Below are positions 1-12,799 of a stretch of 64,000 bases of DNA, piece after piece. Below the pieces are notes generated by a model. The model ran no database searches and was not told where the DNA came from. It worked only from the letters and a program-made list of their open reading frames with translations. The stretch lies in contig CM041465.1 of NCBI GenBank assembly GCA_023213395.1, positions 146,637,741 to 146,701,740 on the forward strand. The letters are read 5' to 3'. The stretch's first letter is position 1. Every line of letters starts with the position of its first letter. The translations under genes and the position numbers were made by a program. Source of the DNA: Cycas panzhihuaensis (taxonomy: Eukaryota; Plantae; Cycadophyta).

Positions 1-96
1 ACTCTAGTCTATGTGACTCACCAAGTGGAGCTCTTACCTATTGTCGACCTCATTGTGGTAATGAGAGATGGCCAGATTACCGAGGCTGGCAAATAT
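1..96 (+). pseudogene. Captured fragment of an ABCC/MRP transporter NBD1 (H-loop segment)
   Basis: Frame 1 reads TLVYVTHQVELLPIVDLIVVMRDGQITEAGKY, matching the plant ABCC consensus TVxYVTHQVEFLPxADLILVMxDGxIxQAGKY. Confidence 0.85.
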
Positions 97-166
97 CGAA
101 GATAATATTCTGTTTGGGAAGCAAATAGATAGAATCAGGTATGAGACAGCACTTCAGGCCTATGCT
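92..166 (+). pseudogene. Second captured ABCC/MRP NBD1 fragment (segment after the Q-loop)
   Basis: NIEDNILFGKQIDRIRYETALQAYA matches the ABCC consensus TIEENILFGKxMDRxRYExVLxAC. Confidence 0.8.
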
Positions 167-662
167 GCTACTAGGGAGGAATGGCTACGTGGGGGAAGAA
201 TGGGGGAACCACACAGAGAGGAGATTGAGAGCAGTAAGTGTGGGAGTTACTTAACACACCACGCAGGAGATACGCAGTTCCACGAAGGACGCAGAGTACA
301 AGAGTGCGGATCGCAATTTGGGCTAATAATGTGCACGGCTAGTAGAATCCCCAAGTGTGAAGGATGAATCTTTCCAAGCCATTACTTTCTCTGACTGCCC
401 CTCTGATAACCAACGGGAAAGCCTTGAAGGTCTGCCAAAACCTAGCCAGGCTCTCATACTGCTTGTGTCTGTTGAAAGTGCAGGGCTTCTGCCTACACAC
501 ACAAATTGTTTATCAAGTTCAGATGTTGTGCTGGCGACTATCTTGGAAACTGATGTAGCACGGCATGCGAAAGAATTCTTGAAGTAGCCATAAGGCCAAA
601 TCTTTCTTTCTAATTCTGATGAGAAAAGTGTAAAGTAAAACACTTTTTATGCAAATAGTATT

Positions 663-863
663 TGTGGAAGCATAAAACATACCCACCAAGTGTTTGACAA
701 AATGTCTCAAAGGGATGTTATCTCTTGGAATTCTATGATTGTAGGTTATACACAGAACGAACGTTGAGATGAGTCCTTGGAATTGTTCGGTCAGATGAAA
801 TTTGCGAATGTAAAAACTAACTTGGTCACCATAGTAAGTGTTCTTCGGGCATGTGCTGGACTA
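663..863 (+). pseudogene. Captured PLS-class PPR fragment
   Basis: CGSIKHTHQVFDKMSQRDVISWNSMIVGYTQNER*DESLELFGQMKFANVKTNLVTIVSVLRACAGL follows the S-P-L motif order; one stop at 765-767. Confidence 0.9.
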
Positions 864-1042
864 GAAGGAAAGAGACTTTTTCAAGAGCTGGATAGAGATA
901 GAGATGGTTTGGCAATACTTAGTGATATTAAAGAAGCAACCAGAAGAAAAAAACTTCCCTTTTTCTTTACTTCTGAATTCTTAAGTTGTGCAAAGAAACA
1001 TTAGCTTTCAAGATCTTTTGGTTGGGATGAATTTTCTTTTGT
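864..1042 (+). pseudogene. Captured EF-hand fragment of a Ca-binding mitochondrial/plastid carrier (SAMTL/At2g35800-like)
   Basis: EGKRLFQELDRDRDGLAILSDIKEATRRKKLP...KKH*LSRSFGWDEF resembles the recalled motif EGRRFFEELDRDGDGxVTLEDLEIAMRxRKLP...SHLFSKSFGWKQF. It is in frame with the PPR fragment. Confidence 0.7.
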
Positions 1043-1439
1043 AATAGCATTAAAAATAGATCTATATAAGTACAGACCTTTCAACAGAATTTGTATTCAG
1101 CATGTATCAAATAAGCTAGATTTTTTTGAAATATATCCATGAAAAATAGCTAGATTTGTAAATATATCTAGGAAAATAACCAGATTGCTAAGTGTATCTA
1201 TGAAACTGCATCAAATACATAAAATATATGTTTATATTTAAAAAAAACTCTCGAAAAAAACCTAGTAAGCTGATTTGCAATGCTATTTCAGAATGCTGAA
1301 TAGAATATCAATCCCAACTTGGCTCTAAAGATGCCCAAGTGTAGTAGATTTATAACTAAAAATAGGATTCAAAAAAAACTTCCAATAAACAGATCTGCAA
1401 TGTATTCTTCTCCAAAAAAACTGAATATGCTCCAGAGAT

Positions 1440-1810
1440 TGTAGATCTATAGAAAACTTGAAAATATAGTTAAAAACTATGATGAAAAATATAGATCTGT
1501 AATGAAATACAACAGATCTGAACTAAATATAGCAGAAAATGCTAAAAAACTTAATAAAATAAGTAGATCTTAAGCTAAATAATGCAGATCTGACGTGAGT
1601 ATAGCAGATCTATAGCTGAATAATTACAGATCTGAATAAATATACCAGAAAATAGTGAAAACTTACTGAAATAAGTAGATCTATAGTAAAAAAAATAGCA
1701 GATCTAAGAGAATATTGAATATTTGAACAAAATAACTGTCAGATATTTATTAAAGTGAGCAGATCTATAGACTATGTAGTAGATCTGAAGTGAAATGTAG
1801 TAGATCTTGA
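1440..1810. repeat. Degenerate 20-23 bp minisatellite with an AGATCT core in the family A leader
   Basis: AGATCT at about 1443, 1493, 1514, 1565, 1586, 1606, 1628, 1677, 1700, 1761, 1781 and 1802. Shorter homologous arrays occur in A2 (about 13840-13960) and A3 (about 34700-34800). Confidence 0.75.
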
Positions 1811-2317
1811 AGAAAACTTATATGAGTCTTTCTTGCAGCTGAAAACCTTCATAAATCTAGAAAATATTAGATAAGTAGACAAAACAATTATCAAGAAATA
1901 ATGAAATGTATGGTAAAATATATAAATCTGAAGAAAGATAGCTCAAATCTGAGAAAAAGCTTGAGTAAATGTAGCTTGTTATTAATCTCATTCACAAATC
2001 TTTGAAAACATATAGCTTATAGCTGAAATCCTTCATAAATCTGCATAAATCTGTGAAAAATCTAAAAAATATTTGTTAAACTAGAAATATAACTCAATAA
2101 TAATCAAAATCTGCTGAAATAATATATAAAACTTGCTCAAATTTTTTCAGAAAATAAATATAGCTAATATTTCTTTCTTGTAAGAAAAACTGCTGTAGAA
2201 TATCAGTAAATCCTATTGCTCTTCTTCAAAAAACTTCACCAATAGAGATGCAATAGACCAAAATCTCGCTTTTTTGAAAAACTTCACACATCAATAATCG
2301 TCTACTCTGATACTAAA

Positions 2318-2726
2318 TGTAGGAAAATATACTTACAGGAGAATAAGGCAGAACATATATCAAATGACCATAAACCAATATTGTATTAATACATCAATGT
2401 ATCACAATCACAATAGCATAAACACATGAAAGCATTGTTATTCAATCTATTATAACAGAAATGAGCATTACAATTTTTTTAAATGTTGGAGGCAGTGTCT
2501 AAAGGCACTAAGGTTGCACACCCCTTAATATTTATAATTTGGGGGAGGAGGAAAACTCCTCAACCCTTGAATTCAAAATAATAATAAAATAATAATTAAC
2601 TTAACTCAAATGAAACTAACTCAACTTACCTTGACGTGTTGAGTATCACATGTCTAAATTGAAGATGGTTAGGTGTACAATCCTAGTTGAAAGGTGGGAG
2701 TGGAGTGATGACACTTAACTCCAATA
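2318..2726 (-). repeat. 5' LTR of copy A1
   Basis: TGTAGGAA...CTCCAATA (terminal CA decayed to TA); collinear with 14202-14608 and 35383-35789. Confidence 0.85.
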
Positions 2727-2890
2727 GTAAGTCAATTCAACCTCTTATATTTTAAATTAGTAAAAAAGTTCTAAGGTTTAATTCTTTTATGGATCAAATT
2801 AGGTGTAAATTGAGCTCAGTATAGGTCAGTCCATTCTTACTTACATTTGTTCTCCAAAATGGATCTTATCATTTATCTACTTTAATAGGC

Positions 2891-3287
2891 TGGGAGGTGA
2901 CTTTTCTAATAATTTTCTCATATATAGAAATGATAATAGAATTTACAGAGTAATTGTAATTCTTTCTATTGATAATAGAAACTAATTACATAAGTGAAGT
3001 ATGTAAAATAGTATTAAATGATTATTATCAAAGACTAAAAGTACCATAGTATAATCCTCTTAAAAAAAATAATTACATAATAACCTCCTTCTATAATTTA
3101 TAACTCTTAAATAAATAAAAGAGGGTCTTTTTCATGTAATCTCATTAGCAGGCCAAACAACTTTTCGTTTTATTGGTTGACTTAAATGACTTGTACACAA
3201 AAGTTAATAACTAGCACTTAACCACTTGGTGCCTTGGTAACATTTTCTAGTATTTTGGTTCCAGTAATAGTATATAGTTATGTAACA
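2891..3287 (-). repeat. 3' LTR of Gypsy-1
   Basis: About 397-bp direct repeat of 39164-39560; ends TGTAACA next to the PPT. Confidence 0.75.
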
Positions 3288-4079
3288 GGTCCCCTCTATT
3301 GAGATATTAAGTTTTTTGAGTGAAGGAGATATGGAGACTACTTTATAAAATTAATTGATTCCCATGTCATCTCATTAGGTTCACAATTGACCCATTACAC
3401 CAAATACTCAAAATTTGTCATATTTTAAAAATGGCATTATGTTCTAACCAAGATATATTCTAGTATAATAGTAACAATTTATTCTTCATTTGAGACTAGT
3501 ATGACTATTTAGAGAGTTGTGTCTTTTCCAAGATATTTCTTGAGATATAAAATATGGAAAACATTATGGGTCTTCGTGTTAGGGGGAGTTTTAATGTATA
3601 ATCAACTTCTTCAATATATTGGAGAACTTTATAAAAGCTATAGTATTGAGGGTTGAGCTTATGGTTTTTATGCTATTTAAATGATTATTATTTATATGGT
3701 TGAAGGTCGAGGAATTTAAGATCACCAATGAAAAAAGAGGAATTAGAATAATGTCAATTTATTGATTACTTCATTTAATTTTGGGTAATAACTAAATTTT
3801 ACTTAAGGGTTCTTAAAATTTGGTCTATATATTACAACCTTTGTTGTACCATAATAGTTTAAAGGTTGGTTTTTAAAGTATGGTGGAATAGTAGAGGGTA
3901 AGAATAAAGGGCCATGAATGGGGGACATCCCCATGAATGAGTGGTGAAATGAATTATACTAATGTTATATAAGAGTTACCCATTTTGTCTATTTTAACTA
4001 GTGGTTAGATACAAAATAACATTAGTAAGTCTCCAGTGTTTTGTTAAGCACTTTATATTGGTCATTAATCTGTAGGTGA

Positions 4080-7000
4080 TGTTGAAATAACTTAGTTCAT
4101 ACTTTACAAAGTAAAGTGGTAATGCATATTTATGAAATTAATTTTTTTAAGATATTGGTATTTTGTAGGGGGTTGCACACATAGATAAGTTGTATATTAT
4201 AAATACACACTCAATGTATCATATGAAGATAATGGATGTAGTAATATTCTTATGCTCTTAATATAAGTTAAGGTACTTTAAGGGCACCATTATGATCTCG
4301 GTAGTTGTTGTTATTCTTTTATTTGTATATTATTATTTTCTATTAATATTATTTGCTTTCAATTTCATTTTTTTACATGGTATTAGAGTAAAGGTGGAGT
4401 CAAAACCTTGTTAGGAGAATTTTATTTATTATAGGTTTGCTATTGTTGAGGTGTTGTTGGCGGTGCCAATGTTATATGAGGTGATTTTATTTATAGCTAT
4501 CTAGTTTATCATTTATAAGAAGGTGGATCCATAGAGCCCATTGCCAATTTGCTATTTAGGGTTTATTTCTTATTTATGAAGCATATTTATGAGGGTGATA
4601 ACCTAAGCCTATTATTACCATAGGTCATGCCATTTGCCAGTGAGGGTTAATGTTTCTAGTTTACTAAGGGTTTAAAGGAGCATATTGTGAATTCATGTTA
4701 GCTATCATGGAGTGTATTACAACCTATTTGCTTGTTTGTCATTGTGTCATTTATTTTTATTCAAGGCCATCTACAATCTGTTTCATCCCATCATTGTCCA
4801 AATTTTCAACTACATTTTTCATCTTTATGAACACTCATAATCATCATTCCATTGATTGTTCTTATACCTTTGTGAAGAGTTGAGCACCATTACTATTTGC
4901 ATGAAGAAAAAAGTATAGAGTGTGCTCTCTTTTAAGGAAAGATTCCCTACCACCTCATCTATGATCTATAGGACATTGAAGTTATAATTGTTCATGTGAT
5001 TTTTAGTTATTTACTTATATTTGAATGCCTTACTCTATCAAGTGTACCATTATGCCACTATTATCACACCCATGTCCCTCTAGTTTTTTCTTCGTAGAGT
5101 TAAATTTGTTAATTGAATTGATCTTATATTCGAAAGAAAAGTATGAAGCACCTACTAAAATTTATCTTAAGTACAAGTGCATTACTCTATGATCCTGCTA
5201 TGTTTTTTATGCCTTGCATCCATCTTCGAGGAAGATTTATTCATGATATGCCCTGTACCTATTTTTTATAAGCTATGAAGATTTATTTGTATTGTTCCCT
5301 ATGTTTCTTTTTGTGAGTCATCTGACTATGAAGGGAAGTTATCTACCATGATCTATTACCACAAATTTTCATAATGTAATATTCTTGGAGAAGTTAATCT
5401 ATACATGAAGCCATAGTTAATTTGCTATAATCCATAGTTGATTTGCCATTAAAGAATATAACATGCCCTTTTTATCCATTATTGATTTACTTACTTATCA
5501 ATTTCACAAATCCATTGAATTTTTGTAGCCACACACAAAAGATTTTTTGGGACTTAAGGATATTCTTTTTACAAAGGTATGCTTATATTTAACTAAATTA
5601 GAATATATGATGGAGTTTGCTAGACAATTGGAGCTTAGCCCCCTGGTCATGTGTAGCCCTCATATGACCAGTGACTAAGCAATGAAGGTTGTTAACCTTA
5701 ACTTGTCTATTTTTTTTTTCAAAAAGATACTTATGCATTTTCTTTAATATCTTAAGTTTTAGGAGTTTGTTTTCTAAATTATCTAAACCATTGGAATCCT
5801 AACTTAGAGATGGTCATTTTGGTATGTGATTTAATATATTTTAGTATTATTTTCATAGAGAAATTTTAGTCTAAAGTTAAGTCTTTATCTCAGATCCTTA
5901 CTTGGTAACTAGATAAAATTTTATTTTGTAACCTCTATATCATTCTTTTGCCTATTATTTGATTCTGGGGCAATTAAATTTTAAACCCTAGGAGAATATT
6001 ATAAAGCATTTTTTAAAGAAATTTATTGCAATTTATATATTGAGACCTATAAAGGACTAGGAGGCAGAAGGAGGTCCAAAAATCAAGGACAGGGTTAATA
6101 TCATTTTACTAACAGATATGTGTGATTATCCATTCCATCTTGTATGTATTTGAGGTGAATCTTTTATACTCTTGGTTGTTTATTTAACCAATAATAAGGT
6201 CCTAAATTTAAGAGATATAGCTTGATATATCAAAAGTATGATATGATCTATGGTTGGTTGATTTTCATTTACAAGATGGCATCTTCTTCAAGTTCACCAA
6301 ACTTGGTAAAGTTCAATGGGAAAAATTATTTAGAATAGTCAAGTGGTATGAAATCTTGTTTAATTTAAAATGATTTATAAGATTTTATTTATCAAGTATA
6401 TAAAGTTTTAGTACTTATTTATCCTACTACTTAGTTAACACTTGATCAAAAAAGGAAAATGGGGAACTTGAAATGAAAGATGGTAATGCACTTGCTTGGA
6501 TCTATTATACTTTGAATAATGATGTAATATACTATGCGTATTATATTAATATTACCAAGGAAATATGGGATCTTTTGAAATGTAAATTTGATCCAAGATT
6601 AAAGGGAAAATAGAGCTGTCTTCAAGCATTTATTTAAGCATATTTACAATATTGAGATTCTTAAGCAAATATAAAGGAACATCAAGAGAAGGTATTTCAA
6701 GAATACATTAAAAAGGTATGTCAAGAACATGATGAAAAGGTTTATCAAGAGAACATGGTTGAAGACATTGTTGATGAAACCATTACTAACTATAAAGAGA
6801 CTATGGTTGAATGCATTAATGAATTTAATAAGACTATTAAGGAGACTACTACTACTACTGAGCATGCTAAGTGTGATAAAACTATTGAAATACCTAATAA
6901 TGATTATGGTTCAGAAATTTAAAATAAAATTACTAAAGAAATAATTTAAGATATGGAAGAGTTATTACTCATTTCTATAAATAGTTTAGATATTTTAAAA

Positions 7001-7833
7001 GTGATTAAATATGAATATCATGGTCCTATTGAAGATAAGTCTAATGATCTATCTAATAATTTAAGTTCAAGTGATGTTCCTATTTTGAGTATTATTTCAC
7101 ATTTAAATTATTCAAATGATAAGTGAGAATTGTAGAATGATGAAAGTATATAAATTCTTGATATTGATTCAATTGATGTTGATCATTTATATGTTGAGGA
7201 AAATAAAGACAAATATGTTATATTTAAATCTATGATTGAAGATATACTTGATGTAAATTTTAAATTTTAAGGTGTTACTAGTATTCATGAAGATGGTTAC
7301 CTACAGGATTTACATTAAAATCAAAGTGGGCCAACTATGATTTACTATACTCTTCCTATGATGAAGAATCAAGATTTGTATGCCAAAATGAAGAATGTTA
7401 AGTTCAAGGATCATTACCTTCAAGAGTTACTATAACAAAGATATCATTATAGGATTGAAGCTAAAGATTAAGTTGAAGATATCATCTTTAAGATATTTCC
7501 AAGGATAATGTATTGCAAATTCAAAAGACCCAAATATGCATTAAGAGGGAGTATTGAAATAGATTAATTCATGCTTTATGAGGTAATGTGGTAATGCACA
7601 TTTATGAAATTAATTTTATTATAATATTGGTATTTATAGTGGGTCCCATAGATAACCAAGTTATGTATTATAAACACACAACTTAATATATCATTTGAAA
7701 AAAATGGACATAACAATGTTCTTATGGTCTTAATACAAGTTAAGGTACCTTAAGGATACCATTGTGATCCCAATGTTTGTTGTTGTTCTTTAATTTATAC
7801 ATTATTATTTTCTATCAATTTCATTTTTCTATA
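4080..7833 (+). mobile_element. Non-autonomous Copia-derived LTR element (family B), decayed
   Basis: LTRs at 4080-4377 and 7552-7833; PBS TGGTATTAGAGT at 4378-4389; PPT AAGAGGGAG at 7543-7551; TSD GGTGA/AGTGA (4/5). Inserted in the Gypsy-1 integrase. No pol remnants seen. Confidence 0.8.
6276..7560 (+). pseudogene. Disrupted mini-Gag plus acidic-tract ORF of family B
   Basis: MASSSSSPNLVKFNGKNYLE*SSGMKSCLI...KDGNALAWIYYTL...TKEIWDLLKCKF is a Copia Gag N-terminus. It is followed by D/E-rich codons and ends LRGSIE across the PPT. Many stops. Confidence 0.7.
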
Positions 7834-9566
7834 AGTGATACATAAAACTCATTTTTAACTATATTCCTAATGCTCACAAAAGTTCTTACCAAAATGAACT
7901 AATGAACTTGGAATATCAATCACAAACTATAGTTGATGAAAACCTATATAAGTGAAATATTGTTTGGAGGTAAAGATTTAGAATGCAATGTGATTTATAT
8001 AAAATATAGACTAGTAAAAATTATGTGTATTTTGTTAACCTATCTATGACTACCAATATAGAGTCATATCTAATGGATGGCGGTAGACCCATAATGAAAT
8101 CTATTACAATATTTTACCACTTTACTTATAGAATGTAAAGGGATTGTAGGAGTCCTAGTTGATCCTTAGTGTCAGTTTTATTACATTATCATGTGTCACA
8201 TTCTAAGATGAATGTATGAATGGATAATTTCATATGTATCCAAAAGAAATCAAAATGAACTCATTAATAAATTTTACCAAATATTGAATGACTTCCCAAT
8301 GGAGTGGAGTAATACTCTAATAGTATTTAAGGAATAAACACTAATGTTAAATGTACAAATAAATATATGATTTTGATATAAAAGAAGGTTGTTATGTATG
8401 GACTAGTCATTTTGAGTATGAATTTTATTAGCCTATTTTGTATAATCTAGTTAGAATTGGTTATCCACGACTAATTCTTATATCCATATTTATGGTAATA
8501 TGCAAATTTTGTAAATAGAAGATTTGGTTGGAGGGATAATGGAAGGTTCAGTTGGAGGGGTAGGAAGATGAGACAGAACATCTATCACTACATTCTCTTT
8601 ACCTTTTTTATATGTAATTATAAAATTAAAGACTTGAAGATGATCAACCCACTTGGCCTATTCTTCAAATAGAATTAGTTAGTCTAATAGACAATGAAGG
8701 TTATGGTGGTCTATTAGGATAGTGAATTTTAAGCTGATTAAGTATTGATGTTATTTATCTATGGCATGAAGAATAACCTTCATTTCTTTTTAGTATGTTA
8801 ACATCCAACATTTATGGTCTTTGAGTTTTTTATTCTCAAATGTAATTGAGTGAAGGTATTATATAAGTATTACATCCAACCCAAATCCTAATCTATCACA
8901 TTCTAGCTAGAAAGGCTGAGAGAAGTCTAGTGTGACCAAAACTAGAGTGGAGGACATGATTTCTTTAAGATGATTGAAGGTATCATTAATAGTTGGCGAC
9001 CTTTAGAAAGAATATTTTTGAAACAGATTAATTAATGGGGTTGTTAGACCTGTAGAATTCTAAATGAATTGTCATTAAAACCTCATAAGTCCTAAGAAGA
9101 CATGTAATCAGGAGAGGTTTTTAGGTATTAGCTAGCTCATAATGATTGATATTTTATGAGAATCAACCTAAATACCTTTCAAATAGATAATATAGCCTAA
9201 GTATTATAGTTTATATTTACCAAATTCACATTTGGAGAGGTTGGCATTGAAGGAACAATAATAGCAGAAGAACGGGGTAGAATATATATCAAATAACTAT
9301 AAACCAATATTGCATCAATACATCAATGTATCATAATCACAATAGTATAAAAACATGAAAGCTTTGTTGTTCAATCCATTGTAGTAGAAATGAGCATTAC
9401 AAATCTCTCAAAAGAAGGTGGTGTTTAAAGACACTAGGGTTGTACACCCCTTAATATTTATAGTTTGGGGGAGGAGGGAAACTTCTCAACCCCTGAATTT
9501 AAAATAATAATAAAATAATATTCACTTAACTCAAATGAAACTAACTCAACTTAATTTTAACTTACC

Positions 9567-10421
9567 TTAACTTACCTTTAACATGTTGAGCATCACATGT
9601 CTAAATTGAGGTGCACAATCCTGGTAAGTAAGAGGGAGTTGAGTGATGACATTATACTCTAACATTCTCCCCCTTAATGTCATCGTGAACACTTGTATCT
9701 TTTCCTTAAACTTATGGAACTGGTACTTGAAAAAAACTTTGAAATTTTGATCTTGATCTTTATCAACTCTTCTCACCCTTACAGCCACATATGTCTCTTT
9801 ATCATGGAATGATGTAGAAAAACTATAAATAGATGAAACTTGATTCAAATATAAATGAATAGATGTAATTTTGACTTTGTCAACTGGAACATTAAGAATG
9901 CTTTGAACTTGAACTTTTGTAATTTTTATGCTTTGAACAACTGTCATATCATTAGGTTCATTCTTTGTCATATCATCAGATTCATTCTTCGTTATGTCAT
10001 AAGATTCATCTTCATTCTCCCCCTCAAATGGAGGATCAAATCCTTGTGCAACAAGGTGGTCCTGCATTTGATCTGAATCATCATTGGTTTTGTCATCATG
10101 ATCTACCTGTTCTATTACCTGTCTCACATGCTCATTAAAAATATCATCAAATACATGGAGGGTATCTCCCCCATAAGTAGAAATCAATACATTCCAAACT
10201 GATTTAGAAGTTGTTGATTCAGAAACTAGTGAAAAAACATCATCAGTCATAATGCAAAATAATAAGCCTAACACTTCATTATCTTTTCTAAAATCTTCTT
10301 TAATGCTAAGGTCACATTCATGTTATAAATACTTCAAAAGATCATGTTCAAGAAAGTAAGTTTGCATGGTATCATACCATAGTAAAACGTTATGGCTATC
10401 GAAAATAGGAAATTGAGTCAT
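9567..10421 (-). pseudogene. Mini-Gag/acidic ORF of A2 with a single nonsense mutation
   Basis: ATG at 10421 (MTQFPIFDSHNVLLWYDTMQTYFLEHDLLKYL*), with CAA>TAA at 10323-10325. Otherwise open to 9567 and collinear with 30555-31385. Confidence 0.85.
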
Positions 10422-11978
10422 TTTATCAAACAACTTTAGTATGTAGAATGAATATACTTCAATAAGTTAAAATATCAATAAATCAATAAATATATATGAT
10501 TTGAAATGCCCTTTAGAAAGTCAATCAACTAGGCATAATAAGGAAATAATCTTTTTTTTTTTAATTGATAAAAGAACATTTTAATATATGTATGCTTTTC
10601 AAATAAACTTTGGAATAAAGTGAATATAAGAGCACATATAAAGATATTTTGCCTTAATAATAATGTAAAAGGCTGAAAATAAAATATATAAAAGTATTTT
10701 TCACTTTGAAAAAATAACAATATAAAGATATTTTTAATAAAAAATTAATATGCTCCTTAAAAGAAGGTTTGAATGATAAGCTTAGGTTTGAGGGCTTCAA
10801 AACTATATTAAATGATATCATAATGATATGAAACTTTACGAGTATAAAGATAAACAAAATATAAACCCAACAGAACTAACCGTTCTGAAAATAGCTTCCT
10901 AAAAATTAAGTTTTAGTGAATTGAAGGCACAGGCCTTGTTTCGAGGCTAAATAAGAGCAAGGGGTCAAAATGCTAATAAAATACTTATGGAATGTTGTAA
11001 GGTGATCAAATATTGTTTAGAAAATTGTTCAATATACTTTCAATTAAAAATTTTTGAAAAATATATTAAAAAAAGGTGTAAAAACAGTAAATTTGAGGCA
11101 ATAAGGTATCTCAACTTTGAATGATTTAAAATTCAGGAAAAATGTCAAAATATATTTTTAAAAAATATGTCAAAATGAAGAGAAATGATTCAGCTTCCCA
11201 ATGAAGCTTATAGAATTGAAATCTGATATAAAATAAAAAAGTTATAGCGAAAATGGTAACAGGTGTCTTTATGTAAAATGTTAAGAAACAGGCTAAAACA
11301 ACTAAATTCCTAATTGTAGCGATTAAAATACTAATGAAAATGAATTCAAAAAATTAAAGTAAAAAGTGGGTATTGAAGTCTATAAAACGTAGATCACTAT
11401 AGAGGAAATTTGGGCAAAAATAAATTTACTAGTAATAAATTACAGCCAGTTCTAAAAATGATTTTGTTAGAAGTGTGAAAAAGGTTGAAAATTTGAATGT
11501 CTGACGTTAAATTAGCCGAAATGGGGTCAAATCAGCACCAAATTGGTCATATGACTAGTCAAAATTGGTGTATAGAAAATTTATGATCTAATGGAATAGG
11601 TTTCGTTTGAAACCGATGCTCCAACAAAGAGTTATGGCAAAAAAATGCCAATAACTCTATATAAAATAAAAAATTTTAAAAAAATGAAAATGAAAAATTT
11701 TATAAAAGATGAAATAACCCTTTTGAGATGGCAAATGGTCACGTGATGACAAGATAAGACCGGGGGGATAGCAGTCAAGAGTGTTAAACTCTTTAAACAC
11801 TCAGATTTTAAAAATTTATATAATTAAATTTATTTATTATTATTATTTTAAAACTTAAAATCTATATAAAAAAGGGAAATGAAAATGGCTGCCGCTGTAA
11901 GTGCAGATGGGCGAGAGACCTGCACTATAAGAAAACAATAATAAAATTGCACCAAAATCGGGCGCACTTAAAAGTCTA

Positions 11979-11981
<3 letters not shown>

Positions 11982-12071
<90 letters not shown>
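11982..12071. repeat. Compound (TC)n(AT)n microsatellite in the A2 cargo slot
   Basis: Directly visible. Confidence 0.95.
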
Positions 12072-12074
<3 letters not shown>

Positions 12075-12250
12075 AATTCAACAAACAGATGAAGAGTGCG
12101 CTGCTATTATAATAAAATCCTAGCTGCGAACTATTTGTAAAAATGCTAGCTGCACCGCCATTGAAAGATCTGATATGCAATTCCAAAGCCATACAGAAGC
12201 TTCCTAGTGCTATGCGATTCGTGCGAATGGCAAAACAACACTCTGTACAG

Positions 12251-12380
12251 TCCAAGAGCAGCTGATTGCAAAAATTATTGGCAAAAGCATGATGAAAAGA
12301 AGGATGAAGTGGATATTCTTGATTTTCCAGGGGTGGGGGCTATGGCTTTTGAGCTATGTGCCAAATTCTATTATGGATAT
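12251..12380 (+). pseudogene. Captured BTB/POZ fragment of an NPH3/RPT2-like (NRL) gene
   Basis: SKSS*LQKLLAK / HDEKKDEVDILDFPGVGAMAFELCAKFYYG matches the NRL consensus SKSGRLQKL...IxDFPGGxxAFELCAKFCYG; one stop and one frameshift. Confidence 0.85.
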
Positions 12381-12799
12381 TAACTTGTATTAGCGAGTAA
12401 TGGTTGCTATTAAATCCAATTGAGGTCACATGAAGCTGAAGAAACAAACGTCACTTGAGAGAAGGATGTTGTTCACACAGTTCACTGTTGGATGTTTTGC
12501 ATAGAGTTCAAGGGAACGGCAAACGCAGATGCAAAAGGGAATATGCAGAACGTAAAAGGGACACAAATACGTAGTGATGCAGATGCAGAGAACGCGAGTA
12601 CATAGAATGACTTTATTTACACGTGGGGATTTGGGGGAAAGACACCAACAGTGGGAGGAAGATGCCAACTACGGACGACGCCAACAGAGGAAGATACCAA
12701 TAGAGGGGAAGGCGTATTACCTAGGTGGACAGCGCCAACGGAGGAGGGGAAGATGCTAACACGAGAAGCATAGGTTCTAGCAGCTTCAGACACATCAGG

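Larger units (their letters stand above)
1..2726 (-). mobile_element. Family A non-autonomous LTR element, copy A1 (5' LTR, PBS, leader and part of the cargo slot; continues beyond the left edge)
   Basis: 2318-2726 is homologous to the A2/A3 LTRs. A decayed tRNA-iMet PBS complement (ACTCTGATACTA) lies at 2304-2315. About 1.25-2.3 kb aligns with A2 13.5-14.2 kb and A3 34.5-35.2 kb. Confidence 0.85.

Noticed and set aside
1-1042. Functional ABCC, PPR or carrier host gene
   Set aside because: These are short fragments of unrelated genes, out of order, with stops and no exon-intron structure, inside an LTR element.
9855-10076. Plus-strand ORFs conserved between A2 and A3 (also 30804-31046)
   Set aside because: They are antisense shadows of the conserved mini-Gag repeat tract.
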